Shown: positions 28,931-38,811 of the stretch, piece after piece | Layout of the letters: every line of letters starts with the position of its first letter | How positions within the stretch are numbered: position 1 is the stretch's first letter | From: Bacillales bacterium UBA5578 | GTDB taxonomy: Bacteria > Bacillota_I > Bacilli_A > RF39 > UBA660 | DNA: 64,000 bases | Direction of reading: 5' to 3' | Assembly (NCBI GenBank): GCA_002425325.1 | Contig: DIMA01000018.1 | Span: 8,259 to 72,258, forward strand | Program-made: the position numbers and the translations under genes | The notes under the pieces: generated by a model | What the model was told of the DNA's origin: nothing | Database searches by the model: none | What the model saw: the letters and a program-made list of their open reading frames with translations, nothing else

Positions 28931-31057
28931 ATGGATTTTATAATTAAAACTTTTAGAATTTTATTCTTTATGTTAGATGAAGTAGTATATGGTTTAATAG
29001 ATGATTTTTATGCTTTACTATTACAACTATGTAGAACTTCAATTTTTACACAAGATGTTATAAGTGAATTTGCAAAAAGAGTTTATGCACTTGTTGGTAT
29101 ATTTATGTTGTTTAAAGTTACACTATCAATAATTACATATATATTAAATCCAGATGATTTTAGTGATAAAGAAAAAGGTTTTACATCAATTATTAAACAT
29201 GTAATTTTATCTTTGGTTTTAGTAGTAATAACTCCATATATTTTTAGTGAAGCGTACGATTTACAAACTATAATATTAGAAGATAATACCATTATGAATG
29301 TAGTGTTTGGTACACCAGCTGAAGCTCATATGCCTAATACTAGTTATGTAGAGTCGGCTGGGAACAAGATACAATTTACGATTATGTATGCTTTTGCGCA
29401 ACCAAATATAGATGATTTCTATACGGATTCTAATACAAATTTGGCATCGTGTGCAACTACATATAAGAAAGATTCGAATGGTAACTACGAATTTAGAGCG
29501 TTACCAAAATATGATATAGAAGTTGCATCTGCTTGTGAAGCAGGAAAATCATGCTTTATATACGAATTAAATCCTGATTGTTTTGGATCATATAATGCAG
29601 ATAATGATACATATGAAAATGGACCTTTATATAATGCTTTTAACGAATACGAAAGTGAAGACTCAATTGCTGGTTCAACAGTTTATCAAAACTATGCTCA
29701 AGGTGTTGCTCAACAAAGTTTTAATATGTTCTTTAGAAAAGATGTAATTCTTGCAACTGTAGATACTGATGGAACTAAGCGATATATTATAGATTATAAA
29801 TTTGGTATTAGTACTGCTGTTGGTATAGGTGTATTATATTTATTATTATTATTCTGTATTGATATAGCAGTTCGTTCTGTTAAATTAGGTTTCTTACAAA
29901 TGATTGCTCCGATTCCAATTATTTCATATTGTGATCCAAAATCTAAAAAAGATGGAATGTTTAGTAAATGGTTAAAAATGTGTACATCGACATATTTAGA
30001 ATTATTCTTTAGATTATTTGCTTTATATTTTGGTATTTATGTTATTTCATTAATAGGAACATTTAAAGATGTAATCACTAATCAAAAAGTAGATGGTTTC
30101 TTTGTATCTGTATTTATGATAATAGGAATTTTGATTTTTGTTAAGCAATTACCAAAAATTCTTGAAGATAGTCTTGGAATTAAAGGTGCTGGTAACTTCC
30201 AATTAAATGCATTAAAAAAATTAGAAAACGATATGCTTGGTGGTAAATATGCTGCAGCAGGTATTAGAAGAGGTCGAAATGCTATAGGTGGTGCTGCAGT
30301 TGCAGGTATAACAGGTGCTGGATTTGCCGGAATGGGTAAGGCATTTACAGGCGGTTTGAAAGGCGATAAATTTAGTAAACAATTAATGGATGCTAGAGCT
30401 GCAAAGCATAATAGAAAAGCTAATCTTTTAAAAATGAAAGATGATGGCGTTAATGATTTTGATATTTTAGGAGAAAAATGGTATCAAGCTAGACATGGTG
30501 GTCTTACTAGAAGTGAACATGCAACAAATGTTTCGAATGCTATGAAATCAATTCAAGATGATTATGCTAATTATGAAAAAACAGCTGCTGGTGTAGATGC
30601 GATTGCTAAGGACTTTGATAAACGTAAAAAAGCTGCAGAAGCAGCAGGTGATTATGCTGAAGCTAAAAGATGGTCTACTGCATTTGATGCACGTGTAAAA
30701 GAAATTGCTAAAAATCATGGTAAAGTTGTAGGAAAAACTTCGATAGCTGATTTAAGTACAACAGTTGATGCAGATGGAAATATAATAGCTGGAACTGATT
30801 ATTATGGAACAGCTGTTGGTGGTACAGTTGAAGTTAATGCTGCATTAAGAAATACACAAGATCATATGGATTCTGTTGCTGCTGCAATGAATAGTCAAGG
30901 TTCTGATGTTGCAGGATATCAAGTTATTAATGCTAGCACAGCTTCAGATATTAAGGCTGTTAAGAATCAAGCACAAGCATCACAACAATCTATTGATACT
31001 AATGCAGCTAATAAGAAAAATGCTGACGTTGCTAAGTATGTTAATCAAAAGAAATAA
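28931..31057 (+). CDS. VirB6-like polytopic membrane protein (TcpH/Orf15/ConG analog) with a C-terminal Ala/Gly/Lys-rich soluble domain.
   Basis: 708 aa. Multiple TM helices in residues 1-420. Position immediately upstream of VirB3/VirB4 as in Tn916/ICEBs1. Hydrophilic C-terminal tail. Confidence 0.5.
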   Translation: MDFIIKTFRILFFMLDEVVYGLIDDFYALLLQLCRTSIFTQDVISEFAKRVYALVGIFMLFKVTLSIITYILNPDDFSDKEKGFTSIIKHVILSLVLVVITPYIFSEAYDLQTIILEDNTIMNVVFGTPAEAHMPNTSYVESAGNKIQFTIMYAFAQPNIDDFYTDSNTNLASCATTYKKDSNGNYEFRALPKYDIEVASACEAGKSCFIYELNPDCFGSYNADNDTYENGPLYNAFNEYESEDSIAGSTVYQNYAQGVAQQSFNMFFRKDVILATVDTDGTKRYIIDYKFGISTAVGIGVLYLLLLFCIDIAVRSVKLGFLQMIAPIPIISYCDPKSKKDGMFSKWLKMCTSTYLELFFRLFALYFGIYVISLIGTFKDVITNQKVDGFFVSVFMIIGILIFVKQLPKILEDSLGIKGAGNFQLNALKKLENDMLGGKYAAAGIRRGRNAIGGAAVAGITGAGFAGMGKAFTGGLKGDKFSKQLMDARAAKHNRKANLLKMKDDGVNDFDILGEKWYQARHGGLTRSEHATNVSNAMKSIQDDYANYEKTAAGVDAIAKDFDKRKKAAEAAGDYAEAKRWSTAFDARVKEIAKNHGKVVGKTSIADLSTTVDADGNIIAGTDYYGTAVGGTVEVNAALRNTQDHMDSVAAAMNSQGSDVAGYQVINASTASDIKAVKNQAQASQQSIDTNAANKKNADVAKYVNQKK

Positions 31058-31077
31058 AAAAGAGGATGTGAATAAAA

Positions 31078-31395
31078 ATGGGGAATTATTTAATACCAGC
31101 CAATTCAAAAAAGTCTATGTTAATATTTGGGCTGTTTAATCAATTAGATTTAATTATATTTGGTGTAGGAATTGGTATATCGTTATTACTATTAATGATA
31201 TTACCTGTAGATGAACTTGTTTGGGCGATACTTGCTATTGCCCCAGGTTGTATCTGCGCATTATTGGTGTTACCAATTCCTAATTATCATAATGTTAGAA
31301 CATTTATTAAATCAGCATATACATTTTATACAACTAGACAACAATTTGTTTGGAAAGGATGGTGCTATAAAGATTATGGCAACTCAAAAAAGTAA
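31078..31395 (+). CDS. VirB3-like small two-TM protein (ConD/PrgI analog).
   Basis: 105 aa. Two hydrophobic helices ('LIIFGVGIGISLLLLMILPV', 'WAILAIAPGCICALLVLPIP'). Directly precedes and overlaps the VirB4 start. Confidence 0.45.
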   Translation: MGNYLIPANSKKSMLIFGLFNQLDLIIFGVGIGISLLLLMILPVDELVWAILAIAPGCICALLVLPIPNYHNVRTFIKSAYTFYTTRQQFVWKGWCYKDYGNSKK

Positions 31396-31924
31396 ATATA
31401 CTAATGATGATATTCCTGTAAAGAGTATAACTAATGGTGTTATTCATCTAGAAGGTAGAGATAATATGAAAGTAACAGGTGTTAAGATAATGCCTAGAAA
31501 TATATTTATCTTAGATCCAGGAATGCAAAATGCAATAATAACTAATTTAAAAACAGTTTATAATGTTATAGATTATGAATTTTGGATAATTGTAGCTGAT
31601 AGACCAGTTGATATAAATGTATATCTATCTGAGTTAGAATTACTTTATAATAAAACATCAGATCCAGCTAGAAGAAAAATAATTACTGAAGATTTAAATA
31701 AAGCTAATATGTTTACAAGTAATAATGTAGTAGATACTGAATATTTCTTATTATTTAAAGAAAGAAATGATGATGTTATTGGAAAGAGAATTAGAAATTT
31801 AATTAATAATTTTGCTAATGCAGGTTTAACAGCTTTCCAAACATCTAATGATGATTTAAGAATGATTTTAGATAATTTCTTAAATGGTGGACAAACAACA
31901 GAATTTGGAACGGTGTTATCATGA
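31376..31924 (+). CDS. VirB4/TrsE-like ATPase, N-terminal fragment (183 aa) encoded as a separate ORF.
   Basis: 'DDIPVKSITNGVIHLEGRDNMKVTGVKIMPRNIFILDPGMQNAIITNLKTVYN' matches the conserved N-terminus of Gram-positive VirB4 (Orf16/TcpF type). It ends with a TGA that overlaps the next ATG (ATGA). Confidence 0.55.
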   Translation: MATQKSKYTNDDIPVKSITNGVIHLEGRDNMKVTGVKIMPRNIFILDPGMQNAIITNLKTVYNVIDYEFWIIVADRPVDINVYLSELELLYNKTSDPARRKIITEDLNKANMFTSNNVVDTEYFLLFKERNDDVIGKRIRNLINNFANAGLTAFQTSNDDLRMILDNFLNGGQTTEFGTVLS

Positions 31925-33708
31925 TAGATATTAAAAGTCAAATAGCTCCTAAGGGACTAGAATTTAAACCTGCTGAATTCGTAATAAGTGATAAACATGC
32001 TACTATATTAACTGTAATTAGTTATCCTAAATATATTTATCCAGGATATTTATCTTCATTAACATCAATGTCTGGAATTAAATTAGTTATTAAACATATA
32101 CCATTACCTTTTAGTACTGTTCAAAAAATGTTAAATAAAGAAATAGCAGATTTAAAGGTAAGATATCAAGAAGAAAATGATAGAACAATTCAAGAAAGAA
32201 TTAAACAAGATTATGCTTCATTGGAAGAATTTGTATCTGAATTAGCAGCTACACAAGCTAAAATCTATGATTTTCAAATGCATATAATGATAACAGCTAA
32301 TTCAGCTGATGAATTAATTGTTAAAAAATTACAAATTAAAAATTATTTAGAAGCAATGGAGATGAAAGCAATTCCATTAAGATTTGAACAAGATAAAGTT
32401 TTAAAATCTATGCTTCCTATTTATGAAAAACAAGATATAGAGGATAGAATTGGAACACCAATTCCAGCACCTACAATGGCTGCTATGTATCCATTTATAT
32501 TTGATAGTATAAAAGATCCAGGATTATCTACATTATTAGGTATAGATTTTTCTGGAGGAGTTATATTATTTAATCAATTTTTATATCAAATTAAGAAAGA
32601 ACATAATAGAAATAATGCTAATATGATTATATTAGGAACATCTGGTAGTGGTAAGTCTACTGCAGCTAAATTATTATTAAGAAATCATATTAGAAATAAT
32701 CATCAATTAATTGTTATTGACCCTGAAGGTGAATTAGAAGATATGTGCCTACAATATGGCGGTGACTTTATAAGCCTTGGTAAAGGTGGACAATTTGGTA
32801 TGATTAATCCTTTTGAAGTTGTTATGGATGTAGATGAAGAAGAAATTAAACAAGGTTTAGGATATACTACATTTACTAGAACAATTCAATCAATTAAAGC
32901 TTTCTTAAAATATTATGATCCTTCTGTTGAAGAGGATGTTCTAAATATGTTTAGTGAAGTTGCTCAAGAAACATATAGAAGATTTAATATTAATTTTGAT
33001 ACCAATTTTATGAACTTGACAAGTGCAGATTATCCTACATTTAAGGATGTATATGCTACTGTTAAAGGTAAATTATTATCAATGCCAGAAAGAACTCAAG
33101 AAAGAGATATTTTAGAAAGATTAGAATTAAAAATTAGACCATTAGTAAAAGAATTAAAATATTATTTTGATGGTCATACTACTATTTCAGCTAAAAGTGA
33201 TTTTATAGTATTTAATATAAGAGAGTTAATGAATTCTGATGAAAATATCAGAAATGCTTTATTCTTCAATGTGTTAAAATATGCTTGGAGTTTAACTTTA
33301 GATGTTAACAAAAATACTATATTAGAAGTAGATGAAGCTCACGTATTATTAAGTAATCAAAACGTTTTAGGTGCTGATTTCTTAGCTCAAATTCAAAGAC
33401 GTGCAAGAAAATATAATACAGGTACAATTATTATTACTCAACAACCAACAGATTTCTGTGACCCAGCTGTTATTACTCAAGGTAAGGCAATATTTGATAA
33501 TACATCTTACTATTTAGTAATGGGATTAAAGAAACAAGCTGCAACAGATTTAGCTAGATTAATAGATTTAAATGAATCTGAGGTTGAAAGTATTAAAAAA
33601 TATGGTCAAGGGGAAGCTTTATTTATATGTGGTAGTAGAAGAATGAGAATTAACGTTGTGGTTACAGAAGAAGAATTAGATTCATTTGGCCGTGGCGGAG
33701 GTTTATAA
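31921..33708 (+). CDS. VirB4/TrsE-like conjugative ATPase, C-terminal fragment (595 aa) carrying the P-loop NTPase domain.
   Basis: Walker A 'ILGTSGSGKST'. Walker B 'NTILEVDEAHVLL'. 'TIIITQQPTDF' is the VirB4 motif region. Confidence 0.8.
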   Translation: MIDIKSQIAPKGLEFKPAEFVISDKHATILTVISYPKYIYPGYLSSLTSMSGIKLVIKHIPLPFSTVQKMLNKEIADLKVRYQEENDRTIQERIKQDYASLEEFVSELAATQAKIYDFQMHIMITANSADELIVKKLQIKNYLEAMEMKAIPLRFEQDKVLKSMLPIYEKQDIEDRIGTPIPAPTMAAMYPFIFDSIKDPGLSTLLGIDFSGGVILFNQFLYQIKKEHNRNNANMIILGTSGSGKSTAAKLLLRNHIRNNHQLIVIDPEGELEDMCLQYGGDFISLGKGGQFGMINPFEVVMDVDEEEIKQGLGYTTFTRTIQSIKAFLKYYDPSVEEDVLNMFSEVAQETYRRFNINFDTNFMNLTSADYPTFKDVYATVKGKLLSMPERTQERDILERLELKIRPLVKELKYYFDGHTTISAKSDFIVFNIRELMNSDENIRNALFFNVLKYAWSLTLDVNKNTILEVDEAHVLLSNQNVLGADFLAQIQRRARKYNTGTIIITQQPTDFCDPAVITQGKAIFDNTSYYLVMGLKKQAATDLARLIDLNESEVESIKKYGQGEALFICGSRRMRINVVVTEEELDSFGRGGGL

Positions 33709-33727
33709 TTATTAAGTAGGTGATTTT

Positions 33728-36052
33728 ATGAATAATCAAAGTATACCTAAAATAAGTAATTCAGGAAATGGTGGGGCAAAAACCCCATCATTATCTGCTA
33801 ATACGGGTGAAAAAAATAATACTAAATTAGCTAATATAAACAAACAAAAAAGTTCGACTCCATCTGGTAAAAGAGCTGAAGACTATAAAAAAGGTTTATC
33901 TAATAATAAAGGTGATGCAGCAAAGCAAAGATTAAATAACTTAAAAGACAATATGAATAATCTTAAAAAGTTTGCTGCAAAAGAGGGAATAAAAAAAGCT
34001 GCAGCTGCGTATGGAGTACCAGAACCAGTTGTTGGTAATCTTCTTAATTCAAAATTGGGAGATAAACTTATTGATGAAGCATTGAAAAAGGGAGATCCTG
34101 CTGCTGCATTGGAACCATTAAAAAAAGTTGGAAAAGGTGCAATAGATGCTTCTAAAAAAATAAATGATGCTTTTTCTCCTGAATCGGAAAAATCTTCTGA
34201 TCAAAAAAGTGATGAGAGAGAAGCAGAAAAAGTTAATAATGGTGAAATTACTTTTGAGTTTTCAGGTAAAACAATAAAATATTTAGCAATTATTGCTCCA
34301 GTATGTTTTGCTTTATTAATGTTTGTTATGATTGTAGTTGTAGCCATATCTGATGATAAAGCATCATCTATGATTTTAGCAGGGTTATCTTCAGATGAAA
34401 GAGGAGCTATATTAGATCAATTTGGTAATGGATCTGGTGAAATTGCATATAATACCGTTGGTAAAGGTACTAATGAATATCCTAAAAGTTATTATGAAAG
34501 ATTAGAAAGTTTAGGAAATGTTTATTCATCAGATGGAAAATGTAAGGGTGCAGACTGTATGTCTCGTGCTGAATTCTTATATTATCTAAAAATTGCTGAC
34601 ATTAGTTTAAGATATCAAAATAAATACGGTGTAAAATTAGATTGGTTCTTGATAGCAGCAACTAATTTATACCAAGATAATACTAATGAAGAAACAATGG
34701 AAAAAAATACTGGTGGATATGATAAAGATACAGTAGAAAATTTTGATACACCTTCATTATTAGATTGGGATAATGATTTTAAAAATATGGATGGTTATAC
34801 ATATTTAGATCCTAATGATTCAAAATATGATTTAAATATTTTAGCTAAAAATATGGTAACTAAAAAAACATATCAAAGTTGTACTAAAAATGGTACAGTT
34901 ACAAAGAATCAAGAAGATACTGATGTAGAAGATATGTATTTTACTCCAACAGGTGGTAAGAAATTAATTTGTGCTGCTGGAGAAACTTATAGCATATACA
35001 GTACATATACTTTAGATAAAGATAAGTATGATGAATTTATGCTTGAATATATTGATAAAAAAATGTTAACTCCAAGTACAGGAGGAGCATCAGGTAGTGG
35101 CTGTTATTATTGGCCTTTAAAAAATGGTGCAGGAACTATTACTTCAAAATTTGGTAATAGAAAAGCACCAACTCAAGGAGCATCTACTAATCATAAAGGT
35201 TTAGATATTGGTGTTCCAGAAGGTACTGAAATAGTATCAACTATTCCAGGAACTGTTATTCGTGCAGGTGCTGTTGATGGCTTTGGATATGCTGTATATA
35301 TTGATCATGGTAATGATATGGTTTCAAAATATGGTCATATTAGAGCTGATGGTATAAAGGTAAAAGTAGGAGATAAAGTATCTCAAGGTCAAGTTATTGC
35401 TTTATCAGGAAATACTGGTATTTCAACAGGTCCACATTTACATTTTCAATTAGAGATGAGTGGTAATCCAGTTGATCCTTTAGATTATGTAAGTCAAGAC
35501 AATCCTGCTCCTACAAGTTGTAGAACAGTTTCAGGAAATTCATTATCAAATGCTTTTGTTAAATTAGCATTAGCGCAAATCAATGATCCTGAAGGAGTTA
35601 ATGGTAAAAAGTATTGGCAATTTATGGGATATAATAGTAGAGTTCCATGGTGTGCTGCATTTGTTTCATGGGTAGTTCAAAATACTAACTTTAATGGTCA
35701 AAGAATGGCTAGTATAGTTAATTATAGATCTGCAAGTGTAAATGAATGGATGAAATATTTTAATGGTGGAACAGGTAAAATTAAATTTTATTATAATGAT
35801 AATTGTTCAAAATATGCTGGTAAAAATGGAAGTGGAAAATATATTCCAAAAGAAGGAGATATGATTTTCTTTGATTGGGATCAAACATGGAATGGTAATT
35901 TCCCACCTTCAGGACCAGATCATATAGGAATTGTGCAACATACAAGAAATGGTGTTATTACTACAATAGAAGGTAATACAAGTAATAAAGTAGCTGAAAG
36001 AACTTATAACTTAAATAGTTGTAAAGTTGTAGGTTTTGGTTCTTGGTATTAG
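33728..36052 (+). CDS. Membrane-anchored bifunctional peptidoglycan hydrolase with an M23 (LytM) endopeptidase domain and a C-terminal CHAP domain (VirB1/TcpG/CwlT analog).
   Basis: M23: 'HKGLDIGVPEGTEIVS...GNTGISTGPHLHFQ'. CHAP: 'VPWCAAFVSWVV...DHIGIVQHT'. Lys-rich N-terminal region plus a TM helix 'YLAIIAPVCFALLMFVMIVVVAI'. Confidence 0.8.
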   Translation: MNNQSIPKISNSGNGGAKTPSLSANTGEKNNTKLANINKQKSSTPSGKRAEDYKKGLSNNKGDAAKQRLNNLKDNMNNLKKFAAKEGIKKAAAAYGVPEPVVGNLLNSKLGDKLIDEALKKGDPAAALEPLKKVGKGAIDASKKINDAFSPESEKSSDQKSDEREAEKVNNGEITFEFSGKTIKYLAIIAPVCFALLMFVMIVVVAISDDKASSMILAGLSSDERGAILDQFGNGSGEIAYNTVGKGTNEYPKSYYERLESLGNVYSSDGKCKGADCMSRAEFLYYLKIADISLRYQNKYGVKLDWFLIAATNLYQDNTNEETMEKNTGGYDKDTVENFDTPSLLDWDNDFKNMDGYTYLDPNDSKYDLNILAKNMVTKKTYQSCTKNGTVTKNQEDTDVEDMYFTPTGGKKLICAAGETYSIYSTYTLDKDKYDEFMLEYIDKKMLTPSTGGASGSGCYYWPLKNGAGTITSKFGNRKAPTQGASTNHKGLDIGVPEGTEIVSTIPGTVIRAGAVDGFGYAVYIDHGNDMVSKYGHIRADGIKVKVGDKVSQGQVIALSGNTGISTGPHLHFQLEMSGNPVDPLDYVSQDNPAPTSCRTVSGNSLSNAFVKLALAQINDPEGVNGKKYWQFMGYNSRVPWCAAFVSWVVQNTNFNGQRMASIVNYRSASVNEWMKYFNGGTGKIKFYYNDNCSKYAGKNGSGKYIPKEGDMIFFDWDQTWNGNFPPSGPDHIGIVQHTRNGVITTIEGNTSNKVAERTYNLNSCKVVGFGSWY

Positions 36053-36061
36053 GAGGTTAAT

Positions 36062-36733
36062 ATGAAGAAAAATATTTTATTATTAGGATTATTAATCTTA
36101 TTATCTGGTTGCACAACAAAATATAATTTAACTTTTTCAGGTGATAAAATAAAAGAAAATATTGATATTAATATAGATAATGCAGAAATAAAACTAGGTG
36201 AGTCATATGTGCCTGGTATTGAATCTGATAATCGTATAAATAATATATTAAAAGAAGATCAATATCCATTATTTAATAATGAAAAAGTAAAATATGACAA
36301 AAAAGTTACTAGAAAAGGTTCTTATACAAATGTAAAATTAAGTCATAGTTATACATTTGATGAATATTTAAGTTCAAATGCATATTTAACATGTTTTGAA
36401 AATAAAAAAATGTCTAAAAATAGAAATTCATATTCTTTATCATTAAATGGTAATTTCTATTGTTTATATAGTGATGATATAGAAATAAATATTAAAACAG
36501 ATAGAGAAGTATTAAAACATAATGCTGATAAAGTAAAAGGAAATACATATACATGGATTATTAATTCAGAAAATGTAAAAGATGCTAATATATATTTCCA
36601 AATGTCTACAAGATACAAATCTACAAATACTATACTAATTGTAGTAGCAGTAGTTGTTGGAGTAGTATTATTAGGCGGAGGATTTATTATATATAGTAAA
36701 CTAAAAAATAGAGACAGCATTAATGAAATATAG
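36062..36733 (+). CDS. Lipoprotein with an additional C-terminal TM anchor (paralog A).
   Basis: Lipobox 'LLSGC'. C-terminal 'ILIVVAVVVGVVLLGGGFIIY' followed by a basic tail. Homologous to the ORF at 38117. Confidence 0.45.
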   Translation: MKKNILLLGLLILLSGCTTKYNLTFSGDKIKENIDINIDNAEIKLGESYVPGIESDNRINNILKEDQYPLFNNEKVKYDKKVTRKGSYTNVKLSHSYTFDEYLSSNAYLTCFENKKMSKNRNSYSLSLNGNFYCLYSDDIEINIKTDREVLKHNADKVKGNTYTWIINSENVKDANIYFQMSTRYKSTNTILIVVAVVVGVVLLGGGFIIYSKLKNRDSINEI

Positions 36734-36746
36734 TAGAGGTGTTAGT

Positions 36747-38108
36747 ATGAAAAAAGAATTAAAAAGAATATTATTTATTGTTTTAACAGTATCATTATTA
36801 ATACCTTTTACTGTTTTTGGATATGAATTTGAAAATAAAGAAAGAGAATCTAATGCTAAAAGAGTAAAAGAAGAAATATACGATTTATATAATTTATATA
36901 AATATATAATTGGTAATAATCCAGAAACTGAATACGGTGTTATTGGTTATAATGGTCAATGTTCACAAGTAACAGTAAATGGAAAAACAGTTAATATAGA
37001 TGATTATATTGCTGGTGTTATTAAACAAGAAATGGGTGGAAATAACTTACAAGCCTTAAAAGCTCAAGCAATTGCAGCTAGATCTTATTTATTAAGTACA
37101 AATTCTGGTTCAACTTGTAAAGTAGTTAATGGTCAAAGTTATCAAGCTTATACTGAAGAAAAAAATAGGAACTCTATATATTATAGAGCAGCAAAAGAAA
37201 CTTCAGGAATGGTTGTTAGTAGAAATGGTAGAATAGCTATGACTCAATATCAATCACATCCTGCAGGTAAATGGTGTAAAGAAGATGCTAGTGGTTGGCA
37301 TATTACTTTCCAAAGATTTTCAGACGATTCTAGTTCAACATGGGTTTGGAATGGACCTAATAAAGAAACTGTTAGAAGAGTAGCTGGAGACGGTTCATTA
37401 TATGGAACAGAAATGAACTACAATAATGGACATCACTTTGGAATGAGTCAAACAGTAGCTATGTATTTAGCTAAAGCACAAGGATATTCATATGAAAAAT
37501 TAATCAAAACATTCTATGGTGAAGATGTAATGAAATTATCTGATGGAGTGTATGATGGTAATTTAAGTTATGTGGATTCTGATTTTGGAAAAATATACTA
37601 TTATAATCAATTGGATTATGCTAAATACTATTATTCTGCAAATCCATCAAGTTCAAATACATATGGAGGTACAATAGCAAGTCATGGTTGTGGACCTACA
37701 TCTATGGCAATTGTAGCTTCTAGTATGCTTAACAAAAATATTTCACCAGTTGAAACAACTCAAAAAACTTGTGCAGCTGGAGGATGTACTTCTGGTGGAT
37801 CATATAATAATACATTAGGTCAAGTATTGAATCAACAATACGGATTACATGTTAAAATGTCTGGTAATAATCAAGAAGTATTAAATGCACTTGGATCTGG
37901 TAAATCATTAGTTATAGTTTTAATGGGACCAGGAACATTTACTACTGGAGGACACTATATTGTATTAACTGGTGTAAATAGACAAGGTCAAGTATCTGTT
38001 GCAGATCCAGCTAGTAGAAAAAGAACTGAAACTAAATGGTTCTCATTTAATACAATAATAGAACAAAGAAAAAAATATGCTAATTATACAATAATTACTA
38101 AAAGTTAG
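36747..38108 (+). CDS. Secreted cell-wall hydrolase with an N-terminal SpoIID/LytB-like domain and a C-terminal papain-like (C39-like/CHAP-like) peptidase domain.
   Basis: 'QALKAQAIAARSYLL' matches the SpoIID signature (EALKAQAVAARTY). C-terminal 'GCGPTSMAIV...GGHYIVLTG' gives a Cys/His dyad. Signal peptide after the Met at 36747. Confidence 0.55.
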   Translation: MKKELKRILFIVLTVSLLIPFTVFGYEFENKERESNAKRVKEEIYDLYNLYKYIIGNNPETEYGVIGYNGQCSQVTVNGKTVNIDDYIAGVIKQEMGGNNLQALKAQAIAARSYLLSTNSGSTCKVVNGQSYQAYTEEKNRNSIYYRAAKETSGMVVSRNGRIAMTQYQSHPAGKWCKEDASGWHITFQRFSDDSSSTWVWNGPNKETVRRVAGDGSLYGTEMNYNNGHHFGMSQTVAMYLAKAQGYSYEKLIKTFYGEDVMKLSDGVYDGNLSYVDSDFGKIYYYNQLDYAKYYYSANPSSSNTYGGTIASHGCGPTSMAIVASSMLNKNISPVETTQKTCAAGGCTSGGSYNNTLGQVLNQQYGLHVKMSGNNQEVLNALGSGKSLVIVLMGPGTFTTGGHYIVLTGVNRQGQVSVADPASRKRTETKWFSFNTIIEQRKKYANYTIITKS

Positions 38109-38116
38109 GTGATTTG

Positions 38117-38800
38117 ATGAAGAAAAATTTAATATTATTATTTATTGTATTCTTATTAAGTGGTTGTACAGTTGATTATCAATTAACAATTGATAAGAAT
38201 GGGAAAGTATCAGAGGATGCTCGAGCAATGGAAGATCAAGAATTCTTTAAAGAATATAATAAATCTTCTATTGGTAGAGTAGTTGGATTTTTAATTGAAC
38301 CATATTCTGAGGAATTAAATAAGAACAACTATACTACTAATACTATTATAAATAAGAGCACAGGTGGTGCTAATCTTAGTAAAGAATATAGTAGCGTTGA
38401 AGAATATTCTAAAAACACTAAATTAGTTGGTCAATTTTCTGATAATGTAATCTATAAAGAAGATGGATCAAAAGTTACATTAAGTGTTAAAGGAAAATTA
38501 TCAGATCAAGAACAAAACCAAGATAAATTTCCAATAGATTCTGCTACAATCATTATTGAATTACCATTTGAGGTAACAGATAATAATGCCGATAAAATTG
38601 TAGGTAGAAAATATATTTGGAATTTAGAATCTGGAAAAGAGAAAGAAATAAAATTAGTATATAATAAAAATAAAATAGCAAAAGATAATGGAGATAATAT
38701 AGTTATATTTGTTGTAATTGGTGCAATTGTATTAATTGCAATTGGTGTAGTAGCTGTATTTAACTTTAAAGCTAAAAGAGAAGAAATGAATAAAATATAA
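38117..38800 (+). CDS. Lipoprotein with a C-terminal TM anchor (paralog B).
   Basis: Lipobox 'LLSGC'. C-terminal 'IVIFVVIGAIVLIAIGVVAVF'. Shares 'CT..Y.LT' and 'ADK(V/I).G..Y.W' motifs with the ORF at 36062. Confidence 0.45.
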   Translation: MKKNLILLFIVFLLSGCTVDYQLTIDKNGKVSEDARAMEDQEFFKEYNKSSIGRVVGFLIEPYSEELNKNNYTTNTIINKSTGGANLSKEYSSVEEYSKNTKLVGQFSDNVIYKEDGSKVTLSVKGKLSDQEQNQDKFPIDSATIIIELPFEVTDNNADKIVGRKYIWNLESGKEKEIKLVYNKNKIAKDNGDNIVIFVVIGAIVLIAIGVVAVFNFKAKREEMNKI

Positions 38801-38811
38801 GGAGGTAATAT

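Noticed and set aside
31376-31924. The ATGA junction in VirB4 interpreted as a programmed ribosomal frameshift site.
   Set aside because: There is no slippery heptamer or stimulatory structure at the junction. A simple stop/start overlap giving translational coupling, or a mutation, is more parsimonious.
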